Assembly (NCBI GenBank): GCA_019359325.1
Contig: JAHHHN010000012.1
Location: forward strand, 5,995 to 69,994
Direction of reading: 5' to 3'
Source: Mojavia pulchra JT2-VF2
GTDB lineage: Bacteria; Cyanobacteriota; Cyanobacteriia; Cyanobacteriales; Nostocaceae
DNA: 64,000 nucleotides
Under the pieces are notes generated by a model, which was not told where the DNA came from, ran no database searches, and was given only the letters and a program-made list of their open reading frames with translations. Below are positions 45,268 to 54,786 of this stretch, in pieces (position 1 is the first letter of the stretch; each line of letters opens with the position of its first letter). The position numbers were made by a program, and so were the translations under genes.

Positions 45268-47964
45268 TTAAAACTCCTCATACACTACAAGTGTTTCTGG
45301 GACGATTGCTTCATCTTCAGCCACTTGAGTATCAGTATTTTCAAAAGGAACTTGAATAACCTTTGGTTTTTCGTTACGGCTTGTTGTCGCTTTTCCGCCC
45401 TCAATTACCCTAAAGACTTCCCTAGCTTCTGCATCATAGGAACGCTGTTCTAGTAGAGCTTCTTGTGCCTCTACCGATGCTAAAAATTCTGCTAAATTCT
45501 TAGCTGAAACTTGAGATTGTCGTCCATGATTAGAGGAGCGTTTGCGTAACTCAGCACTAGCTAACTTCAATTCTTTTTCTGAGCGACCTTGGAGTTCTGC
45601 ATAATATTGAGAAATACACTGTACCCACTGTCCTCGAACAAAGGCATAAGCGATACCAATATTAAACGGGTCATATCTTATCTGAACAGAGGTATTTTCA
45701 ATTTGCGGATCGCGAAAACTATTAGACCAGTAGTAGATTGAGTTAATTTTTACGCCGCGTCCTGCTTGAACTTTTGCTTTTCCCTCTGAGGTGGTAGGTA
45801 GGGTAAGAATCTGAAAGTTTTCATCGTAAGGAATCATGCGGTGAATCCGACTACCACCAATCGCCATACCCGCAGCAAACGCATCCCTCGGACTCTGGAA
45901 AAGTGCCGGATGTTCGTCTGTATCGTAAACTTCGTAAGCCCAAGCACAAAGATATTCATAAAGTAAACCAAGTGTCCATACAGCTTGATTTTTAGGGTTA
46001 ACTAACTTGGTGACTTGGCGGACGTTACGAGTTATTTGTGTATTACCAAGTAAGTTATGGACAAATTGAGTATTGGAAGTTCCAAATAGGCGCTCGCAAA
46101 CCGAACCAAAACGAGCTTTGGCTGGGGGTCTTTGCTTTTTTGTACATTCAAAAGTAGCTAGTAGTGTCTCGAAGTAAACGCTGTGAAACTCTGTACCGTT
46201 ATCTACGACTACAATTTGTGGGAGTCTACCATGACGCTTGACACAAATTCTTAGCACCATTAAGCAAGAACGATATGAGGGTGAATCAAACGTTAGGTAA
46301 ACTGCCAGCAATCGCCGTGAGTAAGCATCTACTAAAAATGTTGCCCAAGGTCTGCCAAGATTGCGACCTATACGGGAGCAAACTAGCTCTACATCTAACT
46401 GAGTATGGTCGATATGCCCAATTTCAAAGGGGCGATCGCCGTGTCTTGGGGTAGTTTGGGAAAGTTCCCAATAGAAGGATTCATGCTGGTAAGCGGCACG
46501 CCGACCTTGGCGTTTTTTCGTCTGTTCGTAACCAGTACGGCGTTTTACTTCTTTAGTAAATGCTTTGTAACTCGGAGCAATTACACCAGATTGTTCGCAA
46601 GCTCGAACTAAAGCCCCGTAAACCTCCCACATTCTTTTTTGTTTAAGCGTTTCATAGTCTTCTAAAATAAATTTCTCCATAATTGCTAAGGTGTCTTCCG
46701 GCAGCTTGCGCTGACGATTACCTTTGACACTGCGATGGGACAAAAGCCCAATGTAGCCGCAACCGTATTTTTGATGTGCAGTTAGATATTTAGCTTTCCA
46801 GTCACGAATGGTACGGGCTGGTATTGTTTCGTTTTCTGGGGGATGTCCGTTTAAGTAAGGTTCGATAGTTCTGTAGCGTTCAAGAGCTTCTGCTTGGTCT
46901 TCAGGACTAGCTTGATAAAATCGCTGCCAAGATTCTGTGCTAATAGCTGTTTTTTCTGGTGTTTGGAGACTTGTGATTTTTCCTTGGCGAACCAGATTCT
47001 CAAATATAGCTTTCTTGAGTTCAATTAACTGATTATTTTCTGCGCTAAGTATAACCTCTGTTTCGCCAACATGGATGATATTTAAACCTTTGCCGTCCCA
47101 ACTAACAGGTGTTCCAGTGGCAAGATTGATTACAGGAGAGATAGCCGGAAGATGTACACTTGGCTGCTCAACCATTAATCTATAAGCACTAGCAGTTTGT
47201 TCGTCACGGAAGATGAGACATCTTTCTGGTTCAGCAAGTGGTGCAGCATTTAAATCAAAATAGATTTGCTCTTGAGCAATTAAGGTGTAAATATCGTCAG
47301 ATTTAGCTCCTGTTGGCTGATTGAGTAGTTCTGCTAAAGTGATTCCTGGTTGAGATGACACAATTGCAAGTAATGATTGAGCAATTGTTTCTTCCACTGC
47401 TAGGGATTCTGAGCGATAGTAATCTTCTAAAAATTGCAAATTACGTTGCAGAACCCAGTTTATTTCTCTATCTGAACGAATGCGGTAATAAAGCCCAAAC
47501 TGGTTAGCATATACTTCTCCTGGCGGACAATGCCATTGATTATCTTCTTGAGAGCAAAAGTAACGATTGGGGTTTTTCTCTGCTAATTTTTTCAAATCCT
47601 GCTCAGTTTTACACTCTTCCCAACCAGCCGAATTAGTTCGGATGACAAAGAAATCTGGGGTTTGTAAAACGCCTAATCTACGTCCGTTACTTGCTTGATA
47701 GTCAAGTTTAATTTGCGGTGGTTGATCGTAGAATTCTAGAACATCTTCATCATGTTCTAACTGATAGATAATTGGCAGTTCAACTCGATGAGACTCAAAT
47801 TGAATCGTGACTCCCATCTTGCGACTAGGGTAGCGTCCCGAAACATTTTTACTACCGCCACCAACCCGGCGGGATGGTTCAGATGTGCGGACTTTCTCAA
47901 TAATTTTTTGCCCTGCCTCGGATATTTGAAGGCAAGCAACCCATTGTTCAAATTGCTCTTTCAT
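45268..47964 (-). CDS. tnsAB: TnsA-TnsB fusion transposase (N-terminal PD-ExK TnsA-like endonuclease domain + DDE TnsB transposase)
   Basis: N-terminal ...TPDFFVIRTNSAGWEECK (PD...ExK) within first ~200 aa; central DDE region HIDHTQLDV...VVVDNGTEFHS; 898 aa. Confidence 0.8.
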   Translation of the reverse strand: MKEQFEQWVACLQISEAGQKIIEKVRTSEPSRRVGGGSKNVSGRYPSRKMGVTIQFESHRVELPIIYQLEHDEDVLEFYDQPPQIKLDYQASNGRRLGVLQTPDFFVIRTNSAGWEECKTEQDLKKLAEKNPNRYFCSQEDNQWHCPPGEVYANQFGLYYRIRSDREINWVLQRNLQFLEDYYRSESLAVEETIAQSLLAIVSSQPGITLAELLNQPTGAKSDDIYTLIAQEQIYFDLNAAPLAEPERCLIFRDEQTASAYRLMVEQPSVHLPAISPVINLATGTPVSWDGKGLNIIHVGETEVILSAENNQLIELKKAIFENLVRQGKITSLQTPEKTAISTESWQRFYQASPEDQAEALERYRTIEPYLNGHPPENETIPARTIRDWKAKYLTAHQKYGCGYIGLLSHRSVKGNRQRKLPEDTLAIMEKFILEDYETLKQKRMWEVYGALVRACEQSGVIAPSYKAFTKEVKRRTGYEQTKKRQGRRAAYQHESFYWELSQTTPRHGDRPFEIGHIDHTQLDVELVCSRIGRNLGRPWATFLVDAYSRRLLAVYLTFDSPSYRSCLMVLRICVKRHGRLPQIVVVDNGTEFHSVYFETLLATFECTKKQRPPAKARFGSVCERLFGTSNTQFVHNLLGNTQITRNVRQVTKLVNPKNQAVWTLGLLYEYLCAWAYEVYDTDEHPALFQSPRDAFAAGMAIGGSRIHRMIPYDENFQILTLPTTSEGKAKVQAGRGVKINSIYYWSNSFRDPQIENTSVQIRYDPFNIGIAYAFVRGQWVQCISQYYAELQGRSEKELKLASAELRKRSSNHGRQSQVSAKNLAEFLASVEAQEALLEQRSYDAEAREVFRVIEGGKATTSRNEKPKVIQVPFENTDTQVAEDEAIVPETLVVYEEF

Positions 47965-48137
47965 ATAGTCCTTACTAAGCGCTTTGCGCTTGATTTTATG
48001 AATCTATCAAAATCAGACCATAAAGTTAGGAACTTGTTTACCTGATGCTATACTGCTTAACTTTATAACACTTATAGTGTGCAAAAAACCACTGATAGTA
48101 GGTAGATTTAACAGCGATACTGCTTCAGTATTGTTTT

Positions 48138-48398
48138 GTGACACAGAAACACTTCAGTATTGAGTACCGCTTTGGCAAAGCGATTAGGCGGCGAAGGCGA
48201 GAGCTAGATTTATCCCAAGAAGAACTGGCTGAAAAGTCAGGGCTTCACCGCAACTACATCTCAGGTATCGAAAACGGAGAGCGTAACCCTTCGTTAAAAA
48301 ATATTGTTAAGTTAGCGGCAGCTTTGGAGATATCTGTCTCCGCTCTCTTTGTTAATTACGGCATTGAGGTTAAAAGTGAATCGGAAACTAATTCCTGA
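48138..48398 (+). CDS. XRE-family helix-turn-helix transcriptional regulator (86 aa), divergent from tnsAB and upstream of tniQ
   Basis: LSQEELAEKSGLHRNYISGIENGERNPSLKNIVKLAAAL HTH_XRE signature. Confidence 0.75.
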   Translation: MTQKHFSIEYRFGKAIRRRRRELDLSQEELAEKSGLHRNYISGIENGERNPSLKNIVKLAAALEISVSALFVNYGIEVKSESETNS

Positions 48399-48448
48399 AA
48401 TTTGGCTGTTAAAACTAAAATACTAGCCTTTAGGTTAATCCCAGAGGG

Positions 48449-49438
48449 ATGACTATTTACTCAGAAAATTGGAACCTAAAACCTCCAGAAATCCCGCAAC
48501 GGAGTCGGTTATTTTCTCTTGAACCTGTGGCTGTGGGAGCTCCCTATGCAGAAAGTCTTAGTAGCTATCTCCATCGTCTAGCGCAGGCGCATTGTTTAAG
48601 CTCTCAAAAGCTCGTTATGGGAGAAATTGCGCCACTTATTCTCAAAGATGAGGATAAATCTGAGCTATTAGAACAAAATCTAAGTCACCTATTAGGAAAT
48701 AGCGACGCTAAACCTGCTATCAACGGAATGCGAGAAATGACAGGAAAGTTAGTCACTGTCTTAGAAGAGTTAACAATGCGTCAGGATTTACGCTTTTTGA
48801 CCCTTTTAAGCTGGAAAGGAATGATTTATGACAAGGGGTTATTTCGGAACTATCGCGCTTGGTGTCCTTGTTGTTGGCAAGAGTGGAAGCAGGAGAACAA
48901 AACTATTTATGAACCATTATTATGGTCATTTAAGGATGTAGAATTTTGTTTGATTCACAAACAGCGATTAATAGAAGAATGTCCTCATTGTGGTTCGCGT
49001 TTACCTGTGATGGCTAGGCTTTCACCTGCGGGATTTTGCTCTCGTTGTTACGGGTGGTTAGGACAGGAAATTAAAGGCGAAGAGGAAATAGAGAAATATC
49101 AAATTAATATTCAAGGAATTAGCGAATTAATTACACTTACTCCCCAATTAGGATATAAACCCATCCCGATTGAGTTAACCCGAAAATTACAATTGATTTT
49201 GTTAGTGTTTGAACAAGCAATTGGAAAGGATGTGAAGTTATTGGGAGATTTAGGGGGAATCATGGAATCGTTGAGGATAGCCTCAACAAGAAATCAAAGT
49301 CAACCTTATCATTTGGTGAAGTTGATTATTCCTGTGTGCGAGAAGGCGAAGATTACTGTATCCCAGCTGTTTGGGTCAGATTTTAAGGAATTGGGCAAGA
49401 TATTGTTCGGTAATTTTAGTCTGGAATTAAAGTTATAG
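48449..49438 (+). CDS. tniQ: Short TniQ-family protein (Cascade-associated targeting factor)
   Basis: N-terminal 200 aa align closely with the tnsD product (RSRLFSLEPVAVGAPYAESLSSYLHRLAQAHC; WCPCCWQEW...CPHCGSRL) but lacks the C-terminal HTH extension. Confidence 0.8.
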   Translation: MTIYSENWNLKPPEIPQRSRLFSLEPVAVGAPYAESLSSYLHRLAQAHCLSSQKLVMGEIAPLILKDEDKSELLEQNLSHLLGNSDAKPAINGMREMTGKLVTVLEELTMRQDLRFLTLLSWKGMIYDKGLFRNYRAWCPCCWQEWKQENKTIYEPLLWSFKDVEFCLIHKQRLIEECPHCGSRLPVMARLSPAGFCSRCYGWLGQEIKGEEEIEKYQINIQGISELITLTPQLGYKPIPIELTRKLQLILLVFEQAIGKDVKLLGDLGGIMESLRIASTRNQSQPYHLVKLIIPVCEKAKITVSQLFGSDFKELGKILFGNFSLELKL

Positions 49439-50045
49439 AAGTTTAGTATAAATAAAGATTTATGCTTAAAGGAGTTTAGAAGAGAAGAGACAATTGCTTT
49501 CCTAGATCGGTTCAGTCTGTGATTTTTGTATGGTTATACGACATTTATCATAAGTTAGCAGTTAAATTGGATAAGTACCTTTTGCTCCTTCACAACTGCG
49601 ATCGCCAATATAAACACCAACGATTTTTCGTGTGTTGACATCCTTATATTTTTACTGGGGCGATCGCACTCTTGCCCCCTCACGCAGCCCAATCTTTACA
49701 CAGCAATTCTGCCTGTTGCAGCACTGTCACCATCGCTTTCTCCTGCTTTTCTGGTGGATGTCGTATTTCCGAAGTAAAAGCTTGACTAATGGGCGGAAAT
49801 GTAGTTAAACGCTTTATGTGTCCAGTCGATAATAACGTTGCAGCGAACTGTTTCTACAAGGTCACGAGCGATTGCTACTACGAGAAACAATTATTATAGA
49901 TTCACTCTGTTTACAAATTCAGAGAAATGGCGGCAATATAGTGATTTGTAACTAAGATTAAGTGTCATCGAAAGCCATCACAAAAACTGCTGGAAAAATA
50001 GTTGACGCAGCAGATACCCCTTAGGGGTAAGATAAATTTTCGCTT

Positions 50046-51503
50046 ATGAGTACCACGACCTACGACCTAATTGCCAAGCTCTGGAATCTCTGTAACGTCC
50101 TCAAAGATGATGGCGTGACGTATCACCAATACGTTATTGAACTGACGTACCTGCTGTTTCTGAAGATGGCGAAAGAGACCCGCACTGAAAACCTGCTTCC
50201 AGAGGGTTATCGGTGGGACGATCTGGAAGGCAAGGCAGCAAATGAGCGTCTGGATTTTTACAAATTGCTGTTGATCCACCTTGGTAGTCGCGGTTCCACA
50301 CTTGTTAAAGAAATTTTTGCCAACGCCAATTCCTCTATCAACAAGCCCAATACACTTTCTACACTAGTTACTGAGATTGACAAGCTTGACTGGTATAGCG
50401 CCCGGCAAGAAGGATTGGGCGACGTGTATGAAGGGCTGCTGGAGAAGAACGCTAATGAAAAGAAATCCGGTGCTGGTCAGTACTTTACACCCCGTCCGCT
50501 GATCGATAGTATGGTGCATGTTATGCGCCCTACGTTGAAGGATGTTATTCAAGACCCCGCAGCAGGAACAGGCGGTTTTTTAATCGCCGCCAATCGCTAC
50601 ATACGCGAAAACAGTGACCCGGATATCTGGACAGAAAAACAGCAACGCAAGTACCGTAGCAATACCTTCTACGGTATGGAGCATGTGCAGGACACGCACC
50701 GTCTGGCTTTAATGAATCTAATGCTGCATGGGCTAGAGTTTGACCCGCAAGGGGCAGGTATCCGCTACGGCGATACGCTTTCGCCAGAGGGAGAAGCATT
50801 GCCGAAAGCAACGCTGATCCTTACCAATCCACCTTTCGGCTCCAAGAAAGGGGGTGGTCTACCTACTCGCAAAGACTTCACTTTTTCTACCAGTAATAAA
50901 CAATTTTGCTTTCTGCAACACATTTATGGTGGTCTCAAGCCTGGTGGTCGTGCTGCGGCAGTTTTTCCAGACAGTGTGTTATTTGACAGCAATGTCGGTA
51001 AGCAGATTCGCACTGAATTGATGGAAAAGTGCAACCTACATACCATCTTGCGCCTACCAAGTGGTATTTTTTATGCTCCAGGTGTTAAGACTAACGTGCT
51101 GTTTTTCACACGTGGTAAAAAAGAAAACGGTAATACCCAAGAAGTTTGGGTATACGATCTGCGTACTAACATATCGCAGTTTGGCAAGCGAACTCAACTT
51201 ACACGTAAGCACTTTGCCGAGTTTGAAGTTGCCTTTGGCGATGACCCTCTTGGTATGCCAGAAAGTCTTGCCAAGCGTGTAGATACTGGCGAGCAAGGGC
51301 GTTTTAGAAGATTTACCCGTGATTTGATCGCCAAACGCGGTGAAAACTTGTATATTGCTTGGCTTAAGGATGAAAACGAAGAGAATAATAGCAAACTCAC
51401 CGAACCAGAGTTGCTTGTACAAGAAGCGATGAGTGAACTGGAAGCTGCTCTGACAGAATTGCAGGAAATTCTAGAGGAGTTGGGTGAGGAGATTGAAGCA
51501 TGA
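50046..51503 (+). CDS. hsdM: Type I restriction-modification N6-adenine DNA methyltransferase subunit
   Basis: HsdM N-terminal domain, AdoMet motif DPAAGTGGFL, catalytic NPPFG. Confidence 0.9.
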   Translation: MSTTTYDLIAKLWNLCNVLKDDGVTYHQYVIELTYLLFLKMAKETRTENLLPEGYRWDDLEGKAANERLDFYKLLLIHLGSRGSTLVKEIFANANSSINKPNTLSTLVTEIDKLDWYSARQEGLGDVYEGLLEKNANEKKSGAGQYFTPRPLIDSMVHVMRPTLKDVIQDPAAGTGGFLIAANRYIRENSDPDIWTEKQQRKYRSNTFYGMEHVQDTHRLALMNLMLHGLEFDPQGAGIRYGDTLSPEGEALPKATLILTNPPFGSKKGGGLPTRKDFTFSTSNKQFCFLQHIYGGLKPGGRAAAVFPDSVLFDSNVGKQIRTELMEKCNLHTILRLPSGIFYAPGVKTNVLFFTRGKKENGNTQEVWVYDLRTNISQFGKRTQLTRKHFAEFEVAFGDDPLGMPESLAKRVDTGEQGRFRRFTRDLIAKRGENLYIAWLKDENEENNSKLTEPELLVQEAMSELEAALTELQEILEELGEEIEA

Positions 51504-53164
51504 GTGAGCTTCCAGATGGGTGGATCATGACTCCGCTTGAGGATCTCGGCAACTGGGGTAGTGGAGGAACCCCCAAGAGAACTAATCCACGTTTCTATGT
51601 GAACGGTACTATCCCGTGGCTTGTCATTGGAGATCTAAATGACGGAATAGTTACGTATGCCCAAACCCACATTACTGAGGAGGGACTACTTAATAGCTCA
51701 GCACAACTTTTACCACCAAAAACATTGCTAGTTGCCATGTACGGTTCTATCGGCAAACTTGGCATTACTGGTATCACATGTGCAACAAATCAGGCAATCG
51801 CATTTTGCTGTACATATCAGGAAGTTATAGAACTGCGCTACCTATTCCACGCACTCAAAAATGCTAGGGATCTATTGGTTGCTAAAGGGCAGGGAGGAGC
51901 CCAACAGAACATAAACCAAACTATTCTAAAGGCTCATCAGATTCCGCTAGCCCCCCTCAACGAACAAAAACGCATCGCCGATAAGCTCGATGTCCTGCTG
52001 ATGCGGGTAGATGCCTGTCAAGAGAGACTAGATCGTGTGCCGCGCATTCTCAAACGTTTCCGCCAAAACATTCTTGATTTAGCAGTATCGGGAAAGCTAA
52101 CGGAAAGCTGGCGAGAAGACAATACTGTCAGAATCAGTAACACAGTTGAATTAATACAGATCGAACCTATAGGTGATTTTCTTAGTGCAATCAATTCGCT
52201 TGATTATGTTATTCCTGATGGTTGGGTATGGCTCAATCCTGACTTAATTAAATTTTCTGAAAAGCACTCACTTTCAATTGGTCCATTCGGAAGCAACCTG
52301 ACTGTTAAAGATTATAGAGATGCAGGTATTCCATTGGTATTTGTGCGAGATATACGCAGGAAAAATTTTGGTAACGAAACAACAAAGTTTATAAGTGAAC
52401 AAAAAGCTCAAGAACTATGGGCACATAGAGTCGAACCCGGTGATCTACTAATTACTAAAATGGGTGATCCACCCGGAGATGTCGCAGTCTTCCCTCTAGA
52501 TAGACCTATTTCAGTGATTACAGCCGATTGTATACGGATAAAAGTTAATCCTGAAATAGTAAGTATAAAACTGTTGTCACTGTTTATCGAGAGTAGTTTG
52601 ATTAGATCGCTAATAAAGGAGATAACTGCTGGCGTTGCCCAACAAAAAATAAGCTTGCAAAGATTCCGTTCTATGCCCCTACCTATTCCGCCACTTGATG
52701 AACAGCAAGAAATTGTTCGTCGTGTCGAATCGCTGTTCGCTTATGCTGATCGCCTCGAAGCCCACTATCAAGCCGCCTGTACTCAGATCGAGCGTTTAAC
52801 ACCAGTACTCTTGGCTAAAGCCTTTCGTGGCGAACTCGTACCCCAAGACCCCAATGATGAATCAGCATCTGTGCTGTTGGAGCGGATTCACGCTGAGCGA
52901 GCAGCACAACCCGCCAAAGCTAAGAGAGACATAACTTCTAGAAAACCAGCCATGACCAAAATGACCAAAGAATCTGTCAAAGAAGCAATTCGGCAATTAC
53001 CTCAGAACAAATTTTCATTCGATGAACTGCGTGAAAACCTCACTGGTGATTATGACTCACTAAAAGATATCCTGTTTACACTCCTCAGTGAAGCCAAGCC
53101 AATTCTTACCCAGGTCTTCGATCAAGAGGAGCAAGCGATGCGTTTTTTTCGGGCAGGCAAATGA
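51500..53164 (+). CDS. hsdS: Type I restriction-modification specificity subunit (two target recognition domains)
   Basis: Conserved HsdS central and C-terminal coiled regions (LPPLDEQQEIVRRVESLFAYADRLEA...LAKAFRGELV) flanking two variable TRDs; start overlaps hsdM stop. Confidence 0.85.
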   Translation: MSELPDGWIMTPLEDLGNWGSGGTPKRTNPRFYVNGTIPWLVIGDLNDGIVTYAQTHITEEGLLNSSAQLLPPKTLLVAMYGSIGKLGITGITCATNQAIAFCCTYQEVIELRYLFHALKNARDLLVAKGQGGAQQNINQTILKAHQIPLAPLNEQKRIADKLDVLLMRVDACQERLDRVPRILKRFRQNILDLAVSGKLTESWREDNTVRISNTVELIQIEPIGDFLSAINSLDYVIPDGWVWLNPDLIKFSEKHSLSIGPFGSNLTVKDYRDAGIPLVFVRDIRRKNFGNETTKFISEQKAQELWAHRVEPGDLLITKMGDPPGDVAVFPLDRPISVITADCIRIKVNPEIVSIKLLSLFIESSLIRSLIKEITAGVAQQKISLQRFRSMPLPIPPLDEQQEIVRRVESLFAYADRLEAHYQAACTQIERLTPVLLAKAFRGELVPQDPNDESASVLLERIHAERAAQPAKAKRDITSRKPAMTKMTKESVKEAIRQLPQNKFSFDELRENLTGDYDSLKDILFTLLSEAKPILTQVFDQEEQAMRFFRAGK

Positions 53165-54786
53165 AGCTTTTAAGGGTTCACATCATTTATGCTAAAACTT
53201 GCGGGGGGCTACTTGATGGACTGAACTTACAGTTACGAAGTCCATTTAGTGGCTATTCTGGGTTTGATCCTTTATGTCTTATTGGTCCGAATGGCGCAGG
53301 AAAATCTCAATTCTTGCAAGTGCTAACAGAAATTTTTCAGTCTGTTTTCCACACATGCCTTCCCAATGAAGAACGTTCCGAAGGGCCAGACTTGCATTTC
53401 GAGCTTGAGTACCTCATTCACCCAGAAGATGAGCAGCTACCTGTCCGTGTCCGCATTTCACGGAAAGCCAGTCGTAAAAATCGTCCAAGCCTTGTAATTG
53501 AGCGGAGAGATGAAGATGAATACGACTGGATAGAATGTGACCTCAAAGCTCCTGAAACCCATAAACTTTTACCTCAAAAGATTGTTGGCTATACGTCAGG
53601 CGATAATGAAACGCTTAGTTTGCCGTTCCTCTTAAGTCGCAGTGGGTACGCGAAGGATGTAACCGAAAGTGCATTACACGAGCCAAAACGCGTTCCCGAT
53701 ACTCGGCTAATGCTGATTGACTATGGAACGCACCTTGAAGTTTTTGTGGCAAATCTCCTGTTGGGTGATGCTTCCCAGTGGGATTTTCTGCTACAGGATG
53801 CAAAACTGCAAAACCTGCACTCATTTCGTTGCATAGTCCAACTTGCACACAGTGCAGCCCCGAAGATTCCAAGTAGGAGAGGCTCACAAAGTACGCGAAA
53901 AGGAATACAACTTACCAAGGAACTGGAAGATTATCTCGATCAGCTCCAACGTTGCGCTACCTGCTACACCTATGACGATAAAACAGAGACGTATACCTTT
54001 GACTATTGGATAAATGACCAGACAAGAGAAGCGTTTCGCTCCTTTTGGAACAACACGCTTGATTTGTACTCGTCATTCCACAAGTTCGCAATGTTAAACG
54101 ACTTGGTACTTCCCAAGAAAACCCGTGAGCGGTTTCGGAAAGACACCAAATCGAGAAGGTTTGCTTCACGTCTTCCAGAGCCTCAGGATGAAGATAAGGT
54201 TTTCCGATTTGAAAGCGTTATGTTTACTGCTCAAAGGACTGGCAAAGAGGTAGACTACGTATCGCTTTCCGATGGCGAGCATCAGCTTGGGCAGATTCTT
54301 GGAACATTTTGTATGTTGTCATTTCCTAATGTACTTTTCCTGCTTGATGAGCCTGAGTCGCATTTCAATCCGCTATGGCGGGTGAAATTCATTTCACGCA
54401 TATTGGATCTGCCTACTACACATGGCGATCGCAGAGAATCAGCTAAAGCTACTGAACAAGAGTGCTTACTAACAACACACTCGCCTTTCGTCCCCTCTGA
54501 TATGCATAGAGACAAAGTTTTTATTTTTAGCAAAGACGAAGAAGGGAAGATTCAAGTCCAAAATCCTAATATTGAGACATTTGGCACTACATTCGACACA
54601 ATCATTGAGGAATGCTTTAACGTTCGCCCGCCTATGTCACAAGTTCCTCATGATGAGATTAAAAGGCTTATGGAGAGTGAAAATCCCGAAGAGATTAGGG
54701 CAGGGATGCAGCATCTAGGTGATTCTGTTGAGAAAGCATTTCTTGTTGATCGACTGTTGCAGCTAACAAATAGGGATGAGGTGTAG
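53161..54786 (+). CDS. ABC/SMC-like ATPase of the AAA_15/AAA_21 type (Septu PtuA-like) translationally coupled to hsdS
   Basis: Walker A LIGPNGAGKSQ, signature-like LSDGEHQ, Walker B LFLLDEPESHFNP, H-loop LLTTHSP; ATGA overlap with hsdS stop. Confidence 0.7.
   Translation: MKLLRVHIIYAKTCGGLLDGLNLQLRSPFSGYSGFDPLCLIGPNGAGKSQFLQVLTEIFQSVFHTCLPNEERSEGPDLHFELEYLIHPEDEQLPVRVRISRKASRKNRPSLVIERRDEDEYDWIECDLKAPETHKLLPQKIVGYTSGDNETLSLPFLLSRSGYAKDVTESALHEPKRVPDTRLMLIDYGTHLEVFVANLLLGDASQWDFLLQDAKLQNLHSFRCIVQLAHSAAPKIPSRRGSQSTRKGIQLTKELEDYLDQLQRCATCYTYDDKTETYTFDYWINDQTREAFRSFWNNTLDLYSSFHKFAMLNDLVLPKKTRERFRKDTKSRRFASRLPEPQDEDKVFRFESVMFTAQRTGKEVDYVSLSDGEHQLGQILGTFCMLSFPNVLFLLDEPESHFNPLWRVKFISRILDLPTTHGDRRESAKATEQECLLTTHSPFVPSDMHRDKVFIFSKDEEGKIQVQNPNIETFGTTFDTIIEECFNVRPPMSQVPHDEIKRLMESENPEEIRAGMQHLGDSVEKAFLVDRLLQLTNRDEV

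Noticed and set aside
49439-50045. Looked for hsdR adjacent to hsdM/hsdS
   Set aside because: No ORF with DEAD-box/helicase motifs anywhere in 42661-61595 other than tnsC and the PtuA-like ATPase; hsdR is absent from this locus
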